64,000 nt of DNA from a virus (Duplodnaviria; Caudoviricetes). Positions 55,755 to 64,000 of the stretch are shown one piece after another (positions within the stretch are counted from its first letter, which is position 1; each line of letters starts with the position of its first letter). The notes beneath the pieces are model-generated. The model was not told where the DNA came from. It did not search any database and was given only the letters and a program-made list of their open reading frames with translations. Position numbers and translations under genes: made by a program. Location: positions 23,622 through 87,621 of the IMG/VR virus record IMGVR_UViG_3300050500_000423. One strand, 5' to 3'.

Positions 55755-58205
55755 GTGACCGACTGGAATCCGAACGACACCGCGACCCTCGGGCTGGAGT
55801 GGTTCCCGTACCGGAGCGGCAAGGTTCGGCTGAACTCCCGTCGCCGCGCTGCCGCTCTGTCCCTCGTGCAGACCGCGGCGGAGCAGATCGAGGCCGCGAC
55901 GCTCTTCGTTGACGATGTCGACCCGGGTCCGCCGGCGTTCGGTGGCGCACCGTGGGCGTTCGTCTATCCGCAGCCCGGCATCTACGCGATGGAAGTGTTC
56001 GACAACGAGGACGCCGTCGTTGATCCGAGCACCGTCACGGTCCTCACTGCGCGCCCAAATCAGGATGTGAGTTTCACCGGCTGGACGACGAACACGGGTG
56101 CAACATCGAACCTGTACCAGCAGATCGACGACCGCACCGAAACCGAATGGATCACGAACAACTACGGTCCCGGAGCCGGGAACAACTACGGGTACTTCGG
56201 TCGCGTCGACACCGGGGCGCTCTCCCTGACCGGACGACGCATCCTCGGCGTACGACTCCGAGCGCGCGTCGTCCGAGCGTTCGCGGACAACTACACGCAG
56301 GTCACGCTCGGCCTGTCGATCGACGTCTCACCCGGCGGCATGTTCACCGCTCAGTCCATGCCGTTCTGGCTCCCGATGTGGCAATGGACGACGATCGAAT
56401 ACACGTGGACCTACAACCCGGTCTATCTCCGGCCGTGGACGATCGCGGACGTGCAGCAGTTCGACACGAGCGACGAAGTCGCGATCATGCCGTACTCGTT
56501 CTACGGTGCCGGGAACATCACGTGCTACTGGCTCGAGATGGAAGTCATCACCTGCCCCGAGACCCGACTCGCGTTCTCCGGGTTCTCGCAACTCACGTCC
56601 GGCGACAACGACAAGCACATCCGCACCGACCGCTCATGGCTCAACCCCGCCACGTTGCCCGGGTCGCTTTTCGACGCCGAGCTCAAGACGCCCACAGGCG
56701 GGTCATGGACGAAGGACAGCAGCGGCCGGCACCTCTACGTCGTACGCCGCATGAGCGACTCCGGCGCGATCTCGCTCCCGACGCTCGACGCCGTGACAGA
56801 GCAGCCGCTCGCCGGCTCGGGACCCCGTTCGTTCGCCCCGATCCTCGACCCGACCTACGGGTACGTCACGGAGATGGGCGACCCCCTCACGCAAATCTGG
56901 TCCCTTGGGCAGTACCGCTCAACGAACGTGTTCTCGGTGGATTCGCAGCCGTACTCCATCTTCGGTGAGGCGCTCGTGTACACCGGCCAGGACGCTGAGC
57001 AGGAAGTCAGCGGCGCCGCAGCGACGCTCTACGGCCTCGTTCGGTTCCTCGTAAAGCCCCGCTCCGCGACCGCGAACCTCGACATCAAGATCAAGCGTCG
57101 TTCCGACAACGTCCAACTCGGGACCACGTACACGCTCGACCCCGACGATGTCGACCCCGCGACCCTCCTCGATGATGCCGACTTCATCGCGTTGGAGAAC
57201 GGCTGGTACCTCGCGCAAGTCCAACTCGGGACCCCGGCAACCCTCGCCGCCGCGACGCAGTATTACGTGGAGTTCTCCTCGGCAGCAGCGAGTGGTTCCC
57301 CGTGGGCCATCGGTCTCCTCACGTCGCATCTCAGCGACGACGCAGGAGCGACCCTGCAAGGCGTCGGTTCCTACAACGACGCGACGGACCGCGCCCTCGC
57401 GAACGGCAACGAGCTCGACCGCTACGACTTGCCGGTCACGATCGCGACGCTGCCCGCGACCCCAACCGGATTCGCGGCGACGCTCGACTCCGACGCTCTC
57501 CCCGGAGAGACCGTCTGCGGCACCGACGCGATCCCGTTCGTGCATCTCGCTTGGACAGGCAGCGCGACGATGTCGCAGGAACTCGACCGGAGCGAGGACG
57601 GCGGTATCTCGTGGGCACGCATCGCGGAGCTACCCGCGAGTGGAGCGACCTCGTACGTGTTCGATGACTACGAGGGGAAGTTCGGGATCACGCCGCAGTA
57701 CCGGGTACGTCAGCGCCGGGCTGACAAGGCGGTCTCGCTCTGGACAGCGACGGCGTCGATCGCGAAGCCGTTCTCGACATGCCCGACGCTGTTCCTCGTA
57801 TCGAACTTCGCCCCGTCGGAGAACACGGCGATCGACTACGACGCGAGGAAGGGCATCGCGTTCCTTGAAGCCGACGACGTGGTATTCCACGCCGTGTACG
57901 GCCGCGACGGGCAACTCACGGCGCAACCGACCGAAGAGCGCGGCCTGACCTACTCCATCGACGTGACCGTCGCAGCCGACGACCGCACCTCCGCGGCGGG
58001 GAGAGGCATCGACGCGTTCGCGACGATCCGCGGTATCGCGCGAGCGCGTATCCCGTACGTCTGCGTCCTCGACCACTACGGGACCCGCATCTTCGCGACA
58101 CTCCGAGTCCCGCAGGGTGAAATCATCGAACCCGAGAGGCTGTACACGGCACCGGTCGAAGCCACCACGATCGTTGTCGAGCCGTACGTGGTGACCGCGC
58201 AGTGA
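55755..58205 (+). CDS. Minor tail protein (distal tail / large baseplate)
   Basis: 816 aa after the TMP; FN3-like region near the C-terminus. Confidence 0.7.
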   Translation: MTDWNPNDTATLGLEWFPYRSGKVRLNSRRRAAALSLVQTAAEQIEAATLFVDDVDPGPPAFGGAPWAFVYPQPGIYAMEVFDNEDAVVDPSTVTVLTARPNQDVSFTGWTTNTGATSNLYQQIDDRTETEWITNNYGPGAGNNYGYFGRVDTGALSLTGRRILGVRLRARVVRAFADNYTQVTLGLSIDVSPGGMFTAQSMPFWLPMWQWTTIEYTWTYNPVYLRPWTIADVQQFDTSDEVAIMPYSFYGAGNITCYWLEMEVITCPETRLAFSGFSQLTSGDNDKHIRTDRSWLNPATLPGSLFDAELKTPTGGSWTKDSSGRHLYVVRRMSDSGAISLPTLDAVTEQPLAGSGPRSFAPILDPTYGYVTEMGDPLTQIWSLGQYRSTNVFSVDSQPYSIFGEALVYTGQDAEQEVSGAAATLYGLVRFLVKPRSATANLDIKIKRRSDNVQLGTTYTLDPDDVDPATLLDDADFIALENGWYLAQVQLGTPATLAAATQYYVEFSSAAASGSPWAIGLLTSHLSDDAGATLQGVGSYNDATDRALANGNELDRYDLPVTIATLPATPTGFAATLDSDALPGETVCGTDAIPFVHLAWTGSATMSQELDRSEDGGISWARIAELPASGATSYVFDDYEGKFGITPQYRVRQRRADKAVSLWTATASIAKPFSTCPTLFLVSNFAPSENTAIDYDARKGIAFLEADDVVFHAVYGRDGQLTAQPTEERGLTYSIDVTVAADDRTSAAGRGIDAFATIRGIARARIPYVCVLDHYGTRIFATLRVPQGEIIEPERLYTAPVEATTIVVEPYVVTAQ

Positions 58206-59290
58206 CCGCCCTCGACGTGTTCGAGGGGCGCTCGCAGCGATTCGAGTCCTGTCGCTTCGACCTCTATCACGTCAACGGCCGGCGACTCGGGGAGTTGATG
58301 ATCGACCGGGATCAGCCACCCCGGATAACGAACGACACCTCGAGGACGCTGCGTCGCACGCTCGATGACCTCCGCATCCTGTCCCGGCCCCTCGTTGACC
58401 AGGACGAGCAGCACATCTACGCCGACGAGTACACCTCGATCGTCTCCCGCGTTCACGCCTTCTGGCTCATCGACATCGGCGGGACCCTGTCGGAGTACCC
58501 ACTCGGTGTGTTCCTCTTCGCGAACGACTCCACCACACGCACGACCGCCGAGGACATCCGTACGAGCCAACTCGTTGACCAGTGCGCCTTGCTCGATCAG
58601 CCACTCGACCAGTCCCTCGGGTTCTCCGCCGGTCAGAGCATCACGGCGGCGCTCCACGTCCTCGCTGATCTCGCGGGGGTGCCACTCGAACGACGGAAGA
58701 TCGAAGCGTCGAGCGCGAAGTTCGGAGCGCAGGTCGCATGGACTCCTGGGCGGGACACGTTCCTCACGGCGATGGAATCCTGCTGTCTCGCGGCCGGGTT
58801 CCTCCCGGCGTACTTCGACAACTCGGGGTTCCTCGTCTGTCGCTCAGCGCCGGACATCGAACACGACGCCGTCGACTACCACTACGGCCTCAACACGGTC
58901 GTGATCGACGGCTCGATCACGATGACGCAGGATCAGCTTGTCGCACCGAACCGGTACGTCGTGATCGGCGGAAACACGGAAGCTCCGATTATCGGTATCT
59001 ACGACGTGCCCGACTCGGCTCCGCACTCGTTCGTGAACACAGGCGTTCGCCGCCGCCGCACGACGGACGTGCAGGGAATCGGAGATACAGCGACCGCTAC
59101 ATCCGCGGCGTACACGTCCTACGTCGCGGATCGCGCCTCGTACGTCTGGCTGAGCTTCGACACGCCAGTCGACCCGCGACACGACACCTGGGACGTGATC
59201 GACTTCGACGGCGATCGGCTGGTGCAGACAGCATGGTCTCTGGTCTGTCGGCACGGATCAACGATGCAGCACACGTGTCGGGGGTTGTAG
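58202..59290 (+). CDS. Minor tail protein (hub/Tal-like)
   Basis: EYPLGVF, YFDNSGFLV, PNRYVVIG. Confidence 0.7.
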   Translation: MTALDVFEGRSQRFESCRFDLYHVNGRRLGELMIDRDQPPRITNDTSRTLRRTLDDLRILSRPLVDQDEQHIYADEYTSIVSRVHAFWLIDIGGTLSEYPLGVFLFANDSTTRTTAEDIRTSQLVDQCALLDQPLDQSLGFSAGQSITAALHVLADLAGVPLERRKIEASSAKFGAQVAWTPGRDTFLTAMESCCLAAGFLPAYFDNSGFLVCRSAPDIEHDAVDYHYGLNTVVIDGSITMTQDQLVAPNRYVVIGGNTEAPIIGIYDVPDSAPHSFVNTGVRRRRTTDVQGIGDTATATSAAYTSYVADRASYVWLSFDTPVDPRHDTWDVIDFDGDRLVQTAWSLVCRHGSTMQHTCRGL

Positions 59291-60139
59291 ATGTCGCTCG
59301 ATGAGCGCGCTCAGCAGCAGGTCATCGAGCTCGCGGCGCGGGTTGCACGCGAGGCCGTCGCGAACGCGATCCGCGGTGACGGCGGTCTCCGCCTCCCGTT
59401 CGCGACGACTCGACCGGGGACCCTGACGGGAACGAGCGTGCCAGGCGGCACCGCGATGGTGCTCGTCGACGGCGACGACGAGCCGATCCCGTGTACGAAC
59501 ATCACCGGCCGGTACATCGCCGGGAATGGTGCCGTGCGCGTCGTAGTGCTGTTCGCCCCACCGCAGGCGGCGTACATCGTCGGGTCGATGGTTGATGAGT
59601 CGACGTGGGGTACGACCATCTTGCAGGGTCACGAAGTCACGGCACCCGTGAACAACCTGACGGTCCCGATCAGCGATTACGACTTCGATCATCTCCTCGT
59701 CCAGATCACGTCGCGGAACACGTCCGCAACGGATGGGTTCGCGCGCCTGCGGATCAACGGCCACTCGGGCGGGACGGACTACCGACGTTCCTACATGGCG
59801 TCCATCGCGGGCGGGGTGAGTGGCGGCGACGCCGACGAGACGAACATCGAACTTGCGTACAGTCCGGGGACCGCGACGATCGCGACACATTGGGGCGTCG
59901 GCACGGTCGAGTTGCACTCCTACTGGTCGAATGTGCGACGGACCCACTTCCTCGGCCGGTGGTACGGCCGCTCGGGTGGGACGCGCGTCCTCGTCGAGTA
60001 CGGCGGCACGACGAACTTCACCAACCAGGAACCGGTCAGCAGCCTTCTGTTCTATACCGATCAGGGAAATTTCGCGGTGGGGACTCGGATCACGGTCGCT
60101 GGTATCGGACGCCGAGGGCTGCGGAACGGCGTCGTCTGA
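59291..60139 (+). CDS. Minor tail / receptor-binding protein
   Basis: 282 aa ending the tail module. Confidence 0.65.
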   Translation: MSLDERAQQQVIELAARVAREAVANAIRGDGGLRLPFATTRPGTLTGTSVPGGTAMVLVDGDDEPIPCTNITGRYIAGNGAVRVVVLFAPPQAAYIVGSMVDESTWGTTILQGHEVTAPVNNLTVPISDYDFDHLLVQITSRNTSATDGFARLRINGHSGGTDYRRSYMASIAGGVSGGDADETNIELAYSPGTATIATHWGVGTVELHSYWSNVRRTHFLGRWYGRSGGTRVLVEYGGTTNFTNQEPVSSLLFYTDQGNFAVGTRITVAGIGRRGLRNGVV

Positions 60140-60219
60140 CCCCGGCGGGCGAGGACCCTCCCACCGGGGAGCGGCCCTCGGGTTCTAGGATCGACCCGAC
60201 CCGACCATCGGAGGTCCCT

Positions 60220-60663
60220 ATGCGGATCGTTGCTCTCCGGTTGAGCAGGACCGGCTTGTACATCGCCCTTGCCCTTCTCGCCGGTCTCGCCCTCCTCGCC
60301 ATGCTGTCCGTGTTCCTCGCCGTGCCAGCGTTCGCCGCTGACGGGGATGTCACGGGCGGGCAGTCGTTCACGATCCCGGTCGCCGCGCTGACGCTCTACG
60401 CCGCGCCGCTGGTACCGATCGTCACCGCCTGGGCGACGAAGCTGACCGCGTCGGGATGGGTCAAGACCGCCGTCAACGCGGGGGTCGCCGCCGTCGTCGG
60501 CTTGGTCACTACCGCGATCGATCTCGGCACCGGACTCGTCCTGACCTGGGACACCCTCTGGCGCACAGCGTTCGCCATCGGACTCGCGACGCTCTCCTAC
60601 CTCGTATTCAAGAAACCGTTGGAGAAGGTCGCGAACGCGACGAGCGGGACTGGCGTCGGCTGA
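60220..60663 (+). CDS. Holin (putative)
   Basis: GGAGG RBS; several TM segments; upstream of the endolysin. Confidence 0.65.
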   Translation: MRIVALRLSRTGLYIALALLAGLALLAMLSVFLAVPAFAADGDVTGGQSFTIPVAALTLYAAPLVPIVTAWATKLTASGWVKTAVNAGVAAVVGLVTTAIDLGTGLVLTWDTLWRTAFAIGLATLSYLVFKKPLEKVANATSGTGVG

Positions 60664-60875
60664 TGGCCGAGCTCGACGCCTGTGACGTGTCGTTTGACAT
60701 CCCGGAGCAGAACTGCCCGGACGACGACATCGACGCGGTCGCCCTGTTCGCTGATATCGACTTCACCGATCCTGCCGCGGTCGCCGCACGCAAGGCCGAG
60801 TGGGAAGCCCTGTTCGCCTCAGTCGATGACGACGAAGTCGGAGCGGCACGCGAGGCGAGGTCGGTCACCCCATGA
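60663..60875 (+). CDS. Acidic hypothetical protein in the lysis cassette
   Basis: 70 aa; TGATG and ATGA coupling. Confidence 0.6.
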   Translation: MAELDACDVSFDIPEQNCPDDDIDAVALFADIDFTDPAAVAARKAEWEALFASVDDDEVGAAREARSVTP

Positions 60876-61855
60876 TGACCGACCTCGCGGACATCCTCCG
60901 CGCCGATGGTCTCATCGTCGAGGAGATCGCAGGTTGGCAGGAACGCGGCCACGGCGACGTCAACCCGCAGGTGATCGTCAACCACCACACGGCGGGGTCT
61001 CCGTTCGGGCGGGCACCGTCGCTGTCGACGGTCCTGTACGGCGTGCCGGGCGTATCGGGGCCGCTGTGCAACGTCTTGCAGACCCGCGAGGACGACGGAC
61101 CCGACCACTTCGTGCTCATCGCGGCGGGGAACAGTTACAACGCCGGTGAGGGCGGCTGGGCCGGGTTCACCGGTAACCCGAGCACTCTCGGTCTCGAGGT
61201 CGAACACACGGGTGTCGAGTGGTACCCGGACGACCGGCGCGAGTGGACCTGGCGATTCAACGCAGCGGTCCTCAACGCGTACGGGCTCGACAGCGGCCGA
61301 TCGTGTCAGCACTTCGAGTGGTCAACCGCCGGGAAGATCGACATCGCGCAGGGAGTCGATGCCGACTTCTGGCGCGCCAAGATCAACGAGTACCAGCACG
61401 GCGGCGCAGCGCCGACGCCGTCACAGGAGGACGAGATGGGTCTCTACATCGCCTTCGGCAGCCGCCTCGGGTATGTCGGTAACGACACGGTGCTCGTGTG
61501 CGGCGGGCGCATCATCCGGGACTTCGGAGACGCCGATCCCTTCCCCGATGGGGTCTCACGGGCTGGTGGCAACTGGTCAGGAGCGCATCCGTCTCGCGAG
61601 GGCATCGAGAAGCGGTACCTCGATGGCGAGGAGATGGCCGAGCTCTGGTGGCCGTCTGGCCGGTTCTCGTCTGGGACACCGACGGTGCCGCTCGACGCGC
61701 TGAACACGCTCGCGTCGCGGCTCAGCGTCTCGGTGGACGAACTCGGACGGCTGATGCGGGAGGGCGGCACCGTCGGTGACCTCACGGCTGACGAGGTCGC
61801 TGTCGCGGTCGATGAGTCGATCCGGGCGGCGTTCCTACGCGCTGGTCAGGGGTGA
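60872..61855 (+). CDS. Endolysin, N-acetylmuramoyl-L-alanine amidase
   Basis: IVNHHTAG, YNAGEG, LGLEVEH, CQHFEW..GKID. Confidence 0.88.
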   Translation: MMTDLADILRADGLIVEEIAGWQERGHGDVNPQVIVNHHTAGSPFGRAPSLSTVLYGVPGVSGPLCNVLQTREDDGPDHFVLIAAGNSYNAGEGGWAGFTGNPSTLGLEVEHTGVEWYPDDRREWTWRFNAAVLNAYGLDSGRSCQHFEWSTAGKIDIAQGVDADFWRAKINEYQHGGAAPTPSQEDEMGLYIAFGSRLGYVGNDTVLVCGGRIIRDFGDADPFPDGVSRAGGNWSGAHPSREGIEKRYLDGEEMAELWWPSGRFSSGTPTVPLDALNTLASRLSVSVDELGRLMREGGTVGDLTADEVAVAVDESIRAAFLRAGQG

Positions 61856-62387
61856 CGGACACGACCGACTCGGCCGAGGACAGCCTCCCGGAGTTACTCG
61901 CCCGCGAGATCGTGCTCGAGCCGATCGACTCACTCCGGGACCATCCAGAGAACCCGAACGAGGGCGACCCGGAAGCGATCGGGGAATCCGCCGAGAAGGT
62001 CGGGTTCTACAACGTCGTGTTCGCGCAGAAGTCCACGCGGATGATCCTCGCCGGCCATTCCCGCCGCGACTACCTCCGGGCTGCGGGTTCGCATGTTGCT
62101 CCGGTCGTCTGGCTAGATGTCGATGACGAGGCGGCGCTTCGCATCCTCGTCGGAGACAACGAGATCCCGAGGGAGCACTCCCGCCGGAACGACCAGCGAC
62201 TCACCCGGGCACTCGCGTCGCTCCTAACGACCGAGGACAACCTCGCCGGCACCGGCTTCGATGACGACTCGTACGCCCGCATCCTTGCGGACCTGACGGC
62301 ACCCGAGCGGTTCGGTCCAGTGACATCGAATCCCCGTCTCGATCAGGTGGAGACAGACCCGACGATCTGTCCGAATTGCGGACACTC

Positions 62388-62412
<25 letters not shown>
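61852..62412 (+). CDS. ParB/Srx N-terminal-domain protein with Zn ribbon
   Basis: IDSLRDHPENPNEGD...ILAGHSR...ILVGDN; CPNCGHSW. Confidence 0.8.
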
Positions 62413-63082
<670 letters not shown>

Positions 63083-63083
<1 letters not shown>

Positions 63084-63433
63084 TGCCGAAGGACCCGCTC
63101 CGCACCGCCGAGTTGCTCGAGCGGAAGGCACGGAACGCTGCGACGACCGGCCCCGAGCGCGAGGCGTTCCTAGCGAAGGCAGCAGAACTCCGCGCGAAGG
63201 CACCCGCTCCGCCGCGTCGTCCGTCGCGACTCCGTGTCTCCGGCCACGGGTACACGGTCCACTTCACGACGAGTACGGCTGCGACTGCTCGCGGGTCGAT
63301 GGATGACTTCGCCCGGTTCGCAGCAGAGGCGTGGGCGTCAGCAGCCGAGACGACCGCCGACGAGTCCCCCGTCGCGGGGCTGTTCACCCATGCCCCCGAC
63401 TGCGGGTGCTCGGAGTGCGCTGTACGCGGCTGA
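63083..63433 (+). CDS. DUF2786-like N-terminal domain protein
   Basis: AELLERKARNAATTGPEREAFLAKAAEL. Confidence 0.6.
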
Positions 63434-63530
63434 CGCGTAGTATTCTTCGCGTACCTCGGCTGCCAGCCCCTCCTAGTTCCGTCCTTCCGTGGGCGGACGG
63501 CTGGTCCGCCGCGTGTGAGGGAGAACCACG

Positions 63531-63779
63531 ATGGCGCTAGGCGACGAGACCCCAACTGCTGCACCCACGCCCCCGACTCCGGTGCCGTCCTCCACGACGG
63601 AACTCACCGATGGTCGTCTCCTGTTCGGTGACGTGATCGTCGGGGAAGTCGTCGGCAACGAGCTCCGAGTGAATCTCGGCTTCGCTCGGTTCGCCGGCCT
63701 CGACGTGATCTGCGAGGACGACCCGACGCGCGACAACCACCGAGAGGGTCTCGCGTTCGTCCGGCGCGCGCGCGGCTGA
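63531..63779 (+). CDS. Hypothetical protein
   Basis: GAGGGAG RBS; 82 aa. Confidence 0.55.
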   Translation: MALGDETPTAAPTPPTPVPSSTTELTDGRLLFGDVIVGEVVGNELRVNLGFARFAGLDVICEDDPTRDNHREGLAFVRRARG

Positions 63780-64000
63780 TGCCTCGCCGTGAGGCGCCGG
63801 TTGGTCCGGCGTCGAGGGTCCTCGGGGAGAACCTGCGAGCCGCCCGCGTCGCTGCGGGGATCTCGCAGGGTGACCTTGCGGAACGTCTCGGTGGGAACGA
63901 CGCCGGATGGTCGCAGGCGATCGTCACGAACCTCGAGACTGCCCGTACCCACTGCCGGGTCGAGCAGTTGCTCGAACTCGCGCAGGCGCTCGACGTAGAC
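63779..64000 (+). CDS. XRE-family HTH regulator (3'-truncated)
   Basis: LGENLRAARVAAGISQGDLAERL...WSQAIVTNLETA...VEQLLELAQALDV. Confidence 0.85.
   Translation, partial: MPRREAPVGPASRVLGENLRAARVAAGISQGDLAERLGGNDAGWSQAIVTNLETARTHCRVEQLLELAQALDVD

Overview
High-GC tailed-phage (siphovirus-like) DNA, almost entirely encoded on the + strand. The host is probably an actinobacterium (inferred from DUF3039, DUF1360 and the amidase lysin/holin). Layout: DNA-modification and accessory genes (0-18 kb); terS, rtcB, a VUT transporter with a DpdA-like gene, and terL (18-28 kb); a portal-2H phosphoesterase-MuF fusion, an AAA ATPase and a glycosylation cluster (28-39 kb); head and tail genes (41-60 kb); lysis, parB-like, mom-like and XRE genes (60-64 kb). 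No polymerase, primase, integrase or reverse transcriptase was recognised. Strongest observations: (1) a nuclease-less IS110/Nop-domain gene (39602-40420) followed by an array of about 13 units of 36-39 nt with two repeats and two variable segments per unit (40656-41147), matching TIGR-Tas architecture; (2) a complete tRNA-Gly(TCC)-like cloverleaf with CCA inside the 3' coding end of the mom-like gene (62988-63062); (3) a non-canonical tRNA-like RNA with Ala identity elements divergent from the tas-like gene (39401-39473, minus strand); (4) two 344-nt long-hairpin elements (11963-12306, 24167-24510) and a probable diverged third copy after terS. All family assignments come from motif recognition by eye; no searches were run.
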